Virus record (IMG/VR): IMGVR_UViG_3300033571_009404
Span: 124,001 to 188,000 of that record
Direction: 5' to 3' (one strand)
Length of the DNA stretch: 64,000 bases
Of the stretch, positions 9,620-19,422 are shown piece after piece (the first letter of the stretch is position 1; the number at the start of each line of letters is the position of its first letter). Under the pieces are notes generated by a model, which was not told where the DNA came from, did no database searches, and saw only the letters and a program-made list of their open reading frames with translations. The position numbers and the translations under genes are program-made.

Positions 9620-9687
9620 GTTTAAAATACTCCGGAGAAAACCCAGTGACAGATGCTACATTGTCACTGGGTCTTTGGAAGGTTACA

Positions 9688-11298
9688 TCAGGTGGTCAAT
9701 GCAGTAGTCAGATTATCAAATGCAGTTTGCATCGAAGTCATCATCTGGACAAACTGGGTAGAAGTCACAAACGACATCGGATTGATGTAGGTGATACCAG
9801 CCGGTTCAACAGTCTGTGCAGTCACGTTATCATCAGCCAGTGCGGACACACCCTTATTGATCTCGTTGACAGTGATGTAATTAGCTGCATTGCGAGTCTT
9901 GACGTACACGCTAACAGTTTTACCATCAGCCGATACCACCCAACCGATTTGGTCACGGGCAGCAACAGGATCTAAGGAGGTCGCTACTGCAAACGTGGCT
10001 GCATTAGCAGCATCATGAGCAGCACGTAAAGCGATGCGCACGTAGTACGATGCGCTGTTTGCATTATCTGCATCACAGAGACCAGAGACAATCCACACCA
10101 GATCAGTTACAGGGACGTAACTCAACGACGGGTCAGCTAAACGAGCAGTACCCAGTAAATGCCAGATATTACCAGAGCCATCACCGCCACCTGAGAACGA
10201 ATAGTTCTTAGACACACCTGCGTTGGCAGCACCACCGAAACGAGAGTCCAGAGATGCCAAGAACTCAGTCATGGTCTGACCGTTAAACTTCTGACTGTTT
10301 GCAGCAGTACCTTGCAGTACGTAGGCGGCGTAATCGTCAAACGAGTAACCGTTGAAGTTGACAGAATTCTGAGCAGTACCTTGCAAGATGGCGTCTCGCA
10401 GTGTAGCGTAGGTCATGCCTTGCAGACGCACCGAGTCATAAGCCACTGCATCGGCTGACAACTTCTGTCCCAGCAAGTTATCAAGCTGAGCCTGGCTATA
10501 AGTACCGACATCAGCAGCCGTAGTACCATGTGGATTACGCGCAGCAGCGTGGGTATTGAACGGTGTGATGATGTTCTTCAACATCGCCTGCATCGTCGAC
10601 AACGGAGACATCATGTAATCGTTGGACAGACCAGCCTCAGCAGCAGCTTGCGTTGCCATGGGGTTGTTCTGCACGTTACCCAGACCCACTTGTGCTTTGG
10701 TCACATTGTGGGGGTTACTCTTGTCAGCGATGTGGTCAGCTAAACCACCAGAACCTTGTTGGCGCAGTTGATCTGCGATATCACCCAGTTTAGCAGTGAC
10801 GTCTTTCAGGCCAACTTGATCGATCAGATCCCAAACGTGGTCAATCACCGGGAATACCAGCGGAACACCAGTGACTTGTTCCCAACTCGTGATACGTGGG
10901 TTTTCCAGACGATCCGATAAGATCTCAGCAATATCTGCTTCTGACAGAGTCCAGCGACCACCAAGCGTCTGATAGCCCAGCGTCAGAGTACCCGACAGTT
11001 CGGTATTCAGGAATTGAATAGAACCATACACCGGTTTAGCTACACCGCGCGATGCGCCAATGTACCAGTAGCCGAGGTAATAGTCGACACCTTCAGTCAG
11101 GGGAACGATAACACCAGAAGTGTCACGGAAGGTAATGGTCAAGCTCTCCGCGTAGAAAGGAGCATAACGCGGAATTACGAGATTATAGTCGCGATAATTG
11201 ACTGGCGTCACCACGCCAATTTCGCCTGTGATTTTATTAACCGGGTTAACGCCAGTAGCATCTTCCGGGTAATCGAATTCACTGGATGTGGTAGCCAT
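9688..11298 (-). CDS. tail fibre-like virion protein (NPH-repeat paralogue 4, different C-terminus)
   Basis: YPEDATG...GVDY...YQTLGG, NPHNVTKAQVGLGNV motif, three 23-aa repeats and a distinct C-terminal domain. Confidence 0.7.
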   Translation of the reverse strand: MATTSSEFDYPEDATGVNPVNKITGEIGVVTPVNYRDYNLVIPRYAPFYAESLTITFRDTSGVIVPLTEGVDYYLGYWYIGASRGVAKPVYGSIQFLNTELSGTLTLGYQTLGGRWTLSEADIAEILSDRLENPRITSWEQVTGVPLVFPVIDHVWDLIDQVGLKDVTAKLGDIADQLRQQGSGGLADHIADKSNPHNVTKAQVGLGNVQNNPMATQAAAEAGLSNDYMMSPLSTMQAMLKNIITPFNTHAAARNPHGTTAADVGTYSQAQLDNLLGQKLSADAVAYDSVRLQGMTYATLRDAILQGTAQNSVNFNGYSFDDYAAYVLQGTAANSQKFNGQTMTEFLASLDSRFGGAANAGVSKNYSFSGGGDGSGNIWHLLGTARLADPSLSYVPVTDLVWIVSGLCDADNANSASYYVRIALRAAHDAANAATFAVATSLDPVAARDQIGWVVSADGKTVSVYVKTRNAANYITVNEINKGVSALADDNVTAQTVEPAGITYINPMSFVTSTQFVQMMTSMQTAFDNLTTALTT

Positions 11299-11393
11299 TC
11301 GAAATGCTCCCTACAGGGGTTTAAAGAACTTAATGGTATAGACGGAAGTCGTTAGACTATACTATTTTACAAATTTAAAGGACGGATACCCTC

Positions 11394-12626
11394 ATGTATC
11401 AGTTAGTAAAAGCCATTGGCAAGAACCTCGACGGTAGCCGTTGGGCGAGTGTAGAAATCGGTGATGTTCCGATGAAAACACTCTACAGTACTTACAAGTA
11501 CCTTTGGGCTACCCTGTCCAACCCATTCATTGATCATCAAGTCGCATTGGACCTGATGCTTTTGATTGGTACCAACCGTTTTAATACCCAGACGTTCAAT
11601 GAGTACTTGGCGTCACTGGGTAATTTAGCGTTACCTACTCAGGATACAATTCCAGAGATCAATCCTCAGTATGTACGCTATGCTGATGTATGGAAGGCAG
11701 GTTATTCGGTTCAACCCATCCACGACACAGCAGCCCCTGACTCGCCTTTACCTGTCTCAGAGAAGCATCACCTACATCTGACAAAGACGGGATTGACGTA
11801 TTCAGACTTTTACGACTACTGCTTAGTTTCCATCAACGGAATGTATCACTACAGTGATGGTAACAACAGTGGTGTGTATGTCAAAGACGGTATGCGCTCC
11901 ATCAATAAGGCGGGTCGTAACATGATTGGGATGACCTCGTTTAAGAACGTAGGTAAGATTCGTCTGATCCCGATTACGGATGACATGATCTTTAAACTGA
12001 CGGATGACCAGCAATACTGTCACCAGATGTATTTAGATCTGAAAGAGGACTTCACTGGCAAACAAGTCTTTATTTGCATTGGTGGTTACTTACACATCAA
12101 CGATAAGAACTTCATGCGCCAGTGGAATGATACCTGCTGGTATCTTAACTTCGATCGTTATCCGATTGTTGACCGGTACTTCCAGTCTAAGGATCTGATT
12201 GATTTATCGTCTCTTGATTTGTTTGTTCCTCCACGCAGTGAGTCCGCTGTGGAAATGGACGAACTATTAAGTGATGCAGCTATGCTGGCCATGATGAAGC
12301 TGTCTCAAACCTTTGTGGTGGTATTAGACACCCCTGAGTTCTTCTACGAGAAGCAATTCATCCGTGGTACCAAGATTCCTGGTCATTTCGTTTCAGCAGT
12401 CAATCCCATTTACCCGATGATCACTGATTTGGGTAAGCTGGCAAATTACTGGCCTCATCCGGATGATGGTCTCTTTAGTCTGACGACTCAGAACACCTTG
12501 CGTCATAACCGTGCGTATCGCACCACGAAGATGAAAGACTTACCGGTGGTGTCGGATCAGCGGCGTGCCAATGATCCGGTAAACCAATCTCGGGCTTTCT
12601 TCCAGGTCATGGGTAAGGACATGTAA
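11394..12626 (+). CDS. phiKZ-like virion structural protein
   Basis: 410 aa; convergent with the spike-like gene as in recalled phiKZ-like gene order; CLVSING and GGYLH motifs. Confidence 0.55.
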   Translation: MYQLVKAIGKNLDGSRWASVEIGDVPMKTLYSTYKYLWATLSNPFIDHQVALDLMLLIGTNRFNTQTFNEYLASLGNLALPTQDTIPEINPQYVRYADVWKAGYSVQPIHDTAAPDSPLPVSEKHHLHLTKTGLTYSDFYDYCLVSINGMYHYSDGNNSGVYVKDGMRSINKAGRNMIGMTSFKNVGKIRLIPITDDMIFKLTDDQQYCHQMYLDLKEDFTGKQVFICIGGYLHINDKNFMRQWNDTCWYLNFDRYPIVDRYFQSKDLIDLSSLDLFVPPRSESAVEMDELLSDAAMLAMMKLSQTFVVVLDTPEFFYEKQFIRGTKIPGHFVSAVNPIYPMITDLGKLANYWPHPDDGLFSLTTQNTLRHNRAYRTTKMKDLPVVSDQRRANDPVNQSRAFFQVMGKDM

Positions 12627-12627
12627 A

Positions 12628-12666
12628 GGCATAAAGCCACGTCCCTAGGGACGTGGCGCTTATGTC
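12628..12666. terminator. bidirectional hairpin with GGCATA/TATGTC feet
   Basis: 22-bp perfect palindrome gccacgtccctagggacgtggc between convergent genes. Confidence 0.8.
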
Positions 12667-12667
12667 C

Positions 12668-13684
12668 TCAGTTATCCCAAGTCACTGACTTACCATGGAT
12701 CGTTCCCTGCGGAGCACTGATACCACCTTGAGCCACGGTGATGCTACCATTGAGTAACCGGAAGTCACCCGCCATGACAATGCTACCGCTACCACCAGAA
12801 CCACCACCTGAGCCAGGATCGGCACGCATGTCACCATTCAACTGCAGCGCGCCATTCTCGGTGAAGTTACCGGTATGGGTCGTTGTCGACTTAATGGAGT
12901 TGGTTGTAGACGTCAGGCTGCTGTTTTTGGTCTCCCAAGTGATAGAGTCGGTCGCTACAAGTTTGTAAGTCTTGCTATTGATAACGATATTCTCAGGGAT
13001 ATTAATTAACAGGTTCTTACGGTCCATATCAAACGTACTACCATCTGCATTGGCCATGTAGATACGGTTGTTCCTAGAGTCGATCATGTGCTGATTACCT
13101 ACACCATCCTCATACACCAGCCGACCATTCATGGTGTCTAATACGAGATCATGCGTGGTAAATTCACCATTCGCTTTGGATGTATGTAAATAGAGGTGTC
13201 CCTTATGAGTAGAGACTTCTAAGAAGTACATGTTATCAGCCATGTTATCAGCTGTTAATTCAACAGCATCATCTGGTTGACCACTCCACGCATAGACAAC
13301 TGTCTCTAAACGGCGTAAGTTAAGATCTTGTTTATAGGTTACCCAGAAGTAACCTTTATCGGCATCTTCATCAGCGTACCGATATAGCACCACAATCTCA
13401 CCACGACGCACGTCAGGGGCTGTCATCTGGTTAGGGCTACCCAGACCCATCCATTTCGCTTTGATGGTGTTAGCGGTGTTTGCTTGCGTCTGATAAGGCA
13501 CACCTTGACCATCGGTACCTTCAGTAACTTTCTGATCCATGCTATCGGTCAGCTGTCCTGACAACATCGATAGATCTTCAAACGGCGAGACTTCAATGAT
13601 GGTACTGTTAGTAGGCTTGTTGGCAGCCACGATACCCATCGAATACATCACAAGCTTAGATTTGGTTGCCGATTCATCAGCCAT
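12668..13684 (-). CDS. baseplate central spike-like protein
   Basis: N-terminal OB-like region (APDVRRGEIVVLYRY...LRRLETVVYAWS) then short beta-strand repeats; the likely ATG is at 13684 (track start 13723). Confidence 0.6.
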   Translation of the reverse strand: MADESATKSKLVMYSMGIVAANKPTNSTIIEVSPFEDLSMLSGQLTDSMDQKVTEGTDGQGVPYQTQANTANTIKAKWMGLGSPNQMTAPDVRRGEIVVLYRYADEDADKGYFWVTYKQDLNLRRLETVVYAWSGQPDDAVELTADNMADNMYFLEVSTHKGHLYLHTSKANGEFTTHDLVLDTMNGRLVYEDGVGNQHMIDSRNNRIYMANADGSTFDMDRKNLLINIPENIVINSKTYKLVATDSITWETKNSSLTSTTNSIKSTTTHTGNFTENGALQLNGDMRADPGSGGGSGGSGSIVMAGDFRLLNGSITVAQGGISAPQGTIHGKSVTWDN

Positions 13685-13751
13685 CACAGACTCACTATTG
13701 AAAAAATTGACTAACCTCGTCAATTAGATGTTAAACAAGAGGGAATTGCCC

Positions 13752-16292
13752 ATGCGTTATTTGTCCATTAGCTTAACGAAGTATAAGCGCATTCAGTTGG
13801 ATGCTAACACACGGATCTTTATTCGGTTCGATAATACCACTCAGATCATTCTGGGCACCAACGGCAGCGGTAAATCTTCGATTGTAGCGGAACTCACACC
13901 ATTGCCATCGAATAAGAAACACTACCTAGATGGTGGTGGTAAGGTTGTTGTTGCTGAACATAACAATAACCAGTATCAGTTCTCCAGTATGAAAGATGGA
14001 GACTCCATGCGTCACAGCTTTGTGAAGAATGGTGTTGAATTGAATCCAGGCGGTACTGCACCTGTACAGACCAAGCTGGCATATCAAGAGTTTTACATCA
14101 CTCCTGATACACATCTGCTTTCTTTGTCTAAACTGAAGTTCACAGACATGTCAGCAACGGATCGCCGTCAGTGGTTTACACGGATGGCAGATGCTAACTT
14201 TGACTTTGCACTTAGTTTGTACGGTAAGCTTAAAGGACGTGCTAATGTGGTGTACGGTTCCTTAAAGCGTACTCGTGAACGACTGGTGTCTGAAGTCAAT
14301 AAGCAATTAAAGCCTGAAGACCGTGCACAGTTAAAGAAAGAAGTTGCTGAACTCCATGATGCATTGACCTTGCTACTGGAGAATCGCTCTCCCATTACCA
14401 AACCGATTGTGGATTGCGAACGCGATCTGCAATATGCCGTCAATGAACTAAACCAGATGAGTCAACGGTTGTTTACGTTGAAGTTCGAAGCACCTTATGG
14501 CACCAACGCATTGATGCAACCCATGAGAGATGACTGGGGTGTATTGCGTCCTGTGCATTACAACAGCATTTCTGAAGTTGATGAAGCTATCCAGCGCTTC
14601 AATCAAGAGATCGCGGTTTGTACGGCACTTCAGAACGAGGCATTCCTTCAGAATAACAAACTGAAAGAAGCACGCGATATTCTGGAGAAGACTGGTACTG
14701 AAGGTAAGGAAGTCTTAGAAATGAAGTTGGAGGTATTGCGTACCGCACGGGATGCTACGCGCAATAGCTCTAAACTGAAGTTCGTCTTCACTGATCCTTT
14801 AGCTGCTAGTTCATCGTACACGGCTATTGAACCAGTTTTAAAAGAAGTCTTTGAGAACATTCCCATCAATGACAATCGTCAGTTCACAGGAGCAGGACGT
14901 GATGAGATGGTTAAACGACATGCTGATCTGAAAGAGGCAAGTCGTCAATTACAGTTAGAATCCAATCGTGCAACTTCACAAAAGGAGCACATGGAGTCTC
15001 ACCGTAATAACAAACATCTGACATGTCCTAAGTGCTCTCACACTTGGTCCGATGGCTACGATGAGAATCGTTACCAAGAACTGGTTAAGAAGATCGAAGA
15101 TCTGATTGTTAAATACGCTGACAACGAAAAGCAGTTAAAGCAGGTAGAGAAAGACTTGGAAGAGTGGCAAGCTTATTCAGCACTCTATCGACAGTACATG
15201 CAGGTTGTCAACAGTACACCAGTGTTAAGGCCATTCTGGGATTACTTGTCAGATAAACAAACCATCACCCACTACCCACGCACTGGCGTCAATGAACTGT
15301 ATCATCTTGATAACACCATCAAGGCCGAAGTTGAAGCAGCTAAGATTGATCGTGAAATCGACGAAGTGGTTAAGTTAATTGCAGCTAAGATTGAGATGGG
15401 GGACCAAAGCTTAACTGAGGTCGTAAGTCAAATGGCTAGTTTAGAGGTGAAGATTGAATCTCTAACAAACCAAATGGCTGAACTGACTAATGCGGTTGCC
15501 AAACATCAACAGTATCGTCGTCAGTTAGCACAGAGTGCTGAACTTGCTGTGCGTATTGAACAGCAGTTGACTAAGGTTGAAGACATTCGTACTGAAACCG
15601 TTGAAATGATCCGACGCGATACACTGAACCATTGTATTCGTCAGCTGCAATCTAATCTGTCGACTAAAGAGGAAACTCTGAAGTCTATGGAAATGCAAGC
15701 AGTACTGATCGCAGACTTAGAAAACCAAATCCAAGTCTTAACGGTAGAAGACGAAGCTGTCAAGAACTTAGTCCGAGAACTGTCACCTACGGATGGTTTG
15801 ATTGCTGAAGGCTTGTTGGGCTTTATTGCAGATTTTACAAAGAAGATGAATGGTTTGATCAAAGAGATTTGGTCTTATCCATTAGTCATTCATACCTGCC
15901 AACCTAATGAACAAGGGGAAGCAGAGTTAGACTTCAAATTCCCTATGTCTGTTAACCGTCGTGATAACGTGGTGGACGATGTATCCTTAGGTAGTACAGG
16001 GATTGTGCAAGTCATTGACTTAGCTTTTAAGATCGTAGCTCAACATTGCTTAAAGCAAGAAAACTTCCCGTTGATCTTGGATGAGTTTGGTACTGGCTTT
16101 GATGAAGTCCATCGCATTGAAGCGGGTAAGGCAATTGGTCGATTGATTGAGCATCACAACTTCAGTCAGTTGTTCATGATCTCACACTACTCAGCCAGTT
16201 ACGGCACATTACCGCATGCACAGATCTGTGTCTTACATGCAGGTAACATAACCGTACCTGAGAAGTACAACGAACACGTAGTCTTTGAGTGA
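13752..16292 (+). CDS. sbcC: SbcC/Rad50-like SMC ATPase
   Basis: Walker A GTNGSGKS, coiled coils, zinc hook CPKC, signature SLG, Walker B LILDE and H-loop ISH; ATG 13752 follows an RBS. Confidence 0.9.
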   Translation: MRYLSISLTKYKRIQLDANTRIFIRFDNTTQIILGTNGSGKSSIVAELTPLPSNKKHYLDGGGKVVVAEHNNNQYQFSSMKDGDSMRHSFVKNGVELNPGGTAPVQTKLAYQEFYITPDTHLLSLSKLKFTDMSATDRRQWFTRMADANFDFALSLYGKLKGRANVVYGSLKRTRERLVSEVNKQLKPEDRAQLKKEVAELHDALTLLLENRSPITKPIVDCERDLQYAVNELNQMSQRLFTLKFEAPYGTNALMQPMRDDWGVLRPVHYNSISEVDEAIQRFNQEIAVCTALQNEAFLQNNKLKEARDILEKTGTEGKEVLEMKLEVLRTARDATRNSSKLKFVFTDPLAASSSYTAIEPVLKEVFENIPINDNRQFTGAGRDEMVKRHADLKEASRQLQLESNRATSQKEHMESHRNNKHLTCPKCSHTWSDGYDENRYQELVKKIEDLIVKYADNEKQLKQVEKDLEEWQAYSALYRQYMQVVNSTPVLRPFWDYLSDKQTITHYPRTGVNELYHLDNTIKAEVEAAKIDREIDEVVKLIAAKIEMGDQSLTEVVSQMASLEVKIESLTNQMAELTNAVAKHQQYRRQLAQSAELAVRIEQQLTKVEDIRTETVEMIRRDTLNHCIRQLQSNLSTKEETLKSMEMQAVLIADLENQIQVLTVEDEAVKNLVRELSPTDGLIAEGLLGFIADFTKKMNGLIKEIWSYPLVIHTCQPNEQGEAELDFKFPMSVNRRDNVVDDVSLGSTGIVQVIDLAFKIVAQHCLKQENFPLILDEFGTGFDEVHRIEAGKAIGRLIEHHNFSQLFMISHYSASYGTLPHAQICVLHAGNITVPEKYNEHVVFE

Positions 16293-16296
16293 TGTA

Positions 16297-16320
16297 CCAG
16301 CAGGGGTGGCTCCCTGCTGG
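16297..16320 (+). terminator. intrinsic terminator
   Basis: ccagcaggg-gtggct-ccctgctgg followed by ctttt. Confidence 0.65.
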
Positions 16321-16350
16321 CTTTTATAACCTTTGCAAAGGAATGTATAA

Positions 16351-18744
16351 ATGGCCAGTGAACATAAAGAACCAGAGTTTATCGTATCGCTGCGTAAACT
16401 GGGTGAAACCATGGGTACCATGCAGCGTCAGATCAATGAAGCACTGACGTTGTTTCAGCAATATGCCGACAACATCAATACCCCTGCTGAAGAGAAGCTG
16501 ATGCCGACTCTGGCATGTGATATCATCGACTCTTCACTACCTGTGAAGAAACCCACCGAATACACTCAGGAACAACTGGATGAGCGTAACCGTATCACCA
16601 GTGAACCGACTGTGACTGTTCCTCTGGCTGGTTACAACGAGGAGATCCTTGCTAAAGGACGTCCGACGGTTGCTGAACAACCCGGTGTGAATCAAAAGCA
16701 ACTTTACAAAGCTGCACGTGGGTATATTCCCAGTGACGCAGCTGCCAATCCGATTCCGGAATACAAGCCACAGAACGATCCTCTGAAGAAGGGTGATCCG
16801 AATGCACTGCCGGAGTCTCTGCACAATCGCCTGATGGTGCCTCTGGGTACATTCCTGAATCGCTTCGTAAGGGGTGAGAATGCCAATTCAGTGATGTTGC
16901 GGATGGATAAGTTCCATGCTGCTGAGTTTCTGACATTCATACAGAAGATCAATGAATGGGTCGGTGGTCATAGCCTGTACGCTAAGAATGGGGTTGACAA
17001 CATTCCGATCTTGGCACGGAGTTATATCGACATTGGTAAGTTGCTGTACATCCTGACCTCGTCTGCCGATAGTCTTTCGCGCACCATTAACGCCAGTCGT
17101 CCTCAACTGCCGCCCAATATCAATGAAGGTATTGTGGCATACATTGTCGGCCGTGCTTGGCTGCAAGGTGGTAGTATCAATTATCCGGACAATGCACCAG
17201 CTGAATTCCGGATCGCTGCTGAAGCAACTGAGAACATCCTGCTTAAGTCCGAGACGGTCGGTAGCACGTTCACAGAAATGGTCAAGGATGGTCACGGATG
17301 GCTGTCGAGAGTTGTTCGCAATTTCTTCGGTCCTCGTTATGCGCGTGAGTTCAACCTCATGCTCAATAAGCCATGGGAACACATCCATGAGATCCATCTG
17401 GTGATGGAGTCAGTTTCTTGGTTGTATGTTTTGTCTGATTTCTACATCAAACAAATCTACAGCGAGAAGAAGGTGACTGATCGCGCCAATCTGGAAGAAC
17501 GGATCGAGAGGGTTTATCTTTCTCTGATCGAGAAGTTCCCCAATATCCGACGCGACATCTTTGTACCTGAAGCGCACGGTGTATCACCCACAGCCGATAT
17601 CGATCACCCCCATGTAGCTCAGTTCTATCAACAAGCGAGTGAATTCGTGAAGATCATTCAGCGTATTAATACTGAATTGAAATACCACGATGACGCAAGG
17701 TTGGTACATAACCTGACTAAGTGGATCACCCTCATCTTGCTGGGTCAACTCGCTCCTCGCATCAGTGGCGTTCGGCAAACTGCACTCGATACTGCATGGC
17801 GTCAACTGCAGAATCTGGCGCACGTCAATGACGCACTGCGTCAAGAGATCTTCAAGTACATTGTAGCTCAAGAAGGACACGGTGAACTGTCCTTGATGTC
17901 TCAAATGCTGCAATATCTGTTCAAGCCTTCAGACTCAATGAAGTATTTGGAGATGATGTCCCAGAACATGATTGAGATGGATACCATGGGTGATCTGGCT
18001 GAGGCTGCTGTCAACCTGGCTGATCTTTATACTTACACCATGGAGTATCGTGGGATCAATGAAGGTACCCGTGGTCCGATTGAAGAGTTGGGTGATGCAC
18101 CTGAACCAGAGAAGCTGGATTCTGCAGAAGTAGCAGAAGTCGTCACACCAGATCTCGGTAGTTCGGTAGTTGGAGATGATGCTGTTGACAAGGCGCTTGA
18201 CGTCCTGACAACGTTCCTGGGTAGTGGTAGGGGTGATGATTTCCGTAAGGCTATCGAAGCCCGTATCCAAGAACGTAAGGGTAAAGTTCAAAGTGCTGTT
18301 CAGCCTGCTGAACCAGTCGTGGAAAAAGAAGAGGCACCCAAGCCTATTTCGACATTCACTAATCCTCTCTATGACATCACTCGTCCTGACATCCTGAAAG
18401 AATTGTCTCTGACCTTCTCGGGTGAGATCTGCAACCAATACGTTGGTAAGGTTCGTCCTTCCAGTGTACGCAGTGGCTCGACCTTCCGTGTCCACAATGA
18501 AGATCTGATTACGCATTATCGTCAGATCAACAATGAATGGCCTGATGGGTTCTACAAGGATCAGGATACTGGCGACTATCAGTTCCTGTTGAAGTTGTCC
18601 GCAGATATCTACGTCATCATTCTGTTCCGTACTCAAGCTGAACTCGCCCAAGTTGTTCGGCTGAATGTCCAGAACAATGCAGTACCGTTCGATGAAGTCT
18701 ATATCACGCTGATGACCCAGCTGGCGATGATCTCTGGCCGTTAA
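16351..18744 (+). CDS. large hypothetical protein (797 aa)
   Basis: Long ORF with RBS aagga and a downstream hairpin; no family recognised. Confidence 0.8.
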   Translation: MASEHKEPEFIVSLRKLGETMGTMQRQINEALTLFQQYADNINTPAEEKLMPTLACDIIDSSLPVKKPTEYTQEQLDERNRITSEPTVTVPLAGYNEEILAKGRPTVAEQPGVNQKQLYKAARGYIPSDAAANPIPEYKPQNDPLKKGDPNALPESLHNRLMVPLGTFLNRFVRGENANSVMLRMDKFHAAEFLTFIQKINEWVGGHSLYAKNGVDNIPILARSYIDIGKLLYILTSSADSLSRTINASRPQLPPNINEGIVAYIVGRAWLQGGSINYPDNAPAEFRIAAEATENILLKSETVGSTFTEMVKDGHGWLSRVVRNFFGPRYAREFNLMLNKPWEHIHEIHLVMESVSWLYVLSDFYIKQIYSEKKVTDRANLEERIERVYLSLIEKFPNIRRDIFVPEAHGVSPTADIDHPHVAQFYQQASEFVKIIQRINTELKYHDDARLVHNLTKWITLILLGQLAPRISGVRQTALDTAWRQLQNLAHVNDALRQEIFKYIVAQEGHGELSLMSQMLQYLFKPSDSMKYLEMMSQNMIEMDTMGDLAEAAVNLADLYTYTMEYRGINEGTRGPIEELGDAPEPEKLDSAEVAEVVTPDLGSSVVGDDAVDKALDVLTTFLGSGRGDDFRKAIEARIQERKGKVQSAVQPAEPVVEKEEAPKPISTFTNPLYDITRPDILKELSLTFSGEICNQYVGKVRPSSVRSGSTFRVHNEDLITHYRQINNEWPDGFYKDQDTGDYQFLLKLSADIYVIILFRTQAELAQVVRLNVQNNAVPFDEVYITLMTQLAMISGR

Positions 18745-18757
18745 GTAGTAAAGTAAG

Positions 18758-18796
18758 GTCATAGACCCCACTGCCTAGGCAGTGGGGCTTTATGAC
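18758..18796. terminator. bidirectional hairpin, exact reverse complement of 5292-5330
   Basis: gtcatagaccccactgcctaggcagtggggctttatgac between convergent genes. Confidence 0.8.
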
Positions 18797-18797
18797 G

Positions 18798-19412
18798 TTA
18801 GCCTTTAGCTATCAATGCTGCTTCTAAGACATTGACCTTAGTCTGCAGAGCGTCTGCTCTTGCTTTCTCAGTCAAATACTTCGTTGTGTCAGTCGTGTTG
18901 TCAGTCACACGCGCTAGACGGGTGGCTTCGAAGTTAGCATGGTCTTCTTGAGAAACAGAAGTCGGAGTAGAAACGAATACTTCCTTAACCTGTGCTTCAA
19001 TACCAACCTTACTCATGACGAAGTCTTTGATCTGATCCATTAAGAGATCTAATGGCAGTGTGTCAGGAATGGCGCCTAAACGAACAGCGATCATCCCGAT
19101 GCGGTAAGGAACCCCACCTTGATCGGGATAACCCAACACGTAACTGTTGGGAATGTAAACCACATTACCAGACGCATCCTGAAGAGACAGAATGCATACG
19201 TTGTCATTTGTGTCAGTAACGTACTTAGCGTTGCTGATACCTTTGGGTTCGTAAATGTCTTGGAATGGATTCTGACCGCTAGCTACTAAGTCAGACAGAT
19301 ACCGAATAGCGATGAGCTTGTAACTTGCTCCTACTATCAGATCTACACTGAATTCGTTACTGACTTTAAAGACGCCTTCTACGCCTAATCCAGGTACTAC
19401 GTAGTTAGCCAT
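18798..19412 (-). CDS. phiKZ-like conserved protein, probably virion structural
   Basis: 204 aa, C-terminal coiled coil; co-oriented with the upstream structural gene. Confidence 0.55.
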   Translation of the reverse strand: MANYVVPGLGVEGVFKVSNEFSVDLIVGASYKLIAIRYLSDLVASGQNPFQDIYEPKGISNAKYVTDTNDNVCILSLQDASGNVVYIPNSYVLGYPDQGGVPYRIGMIAVRLGAIPDTLPLDLLMDQIKDFVMSKVGIEAQVKEVFVSTPTSVSQEDHANFEATRLARVTDNTTDTTKYLTEKARADALQTKVNVLEAALIAKG

Positions 19413-19422
19413 GTCTTACCTC

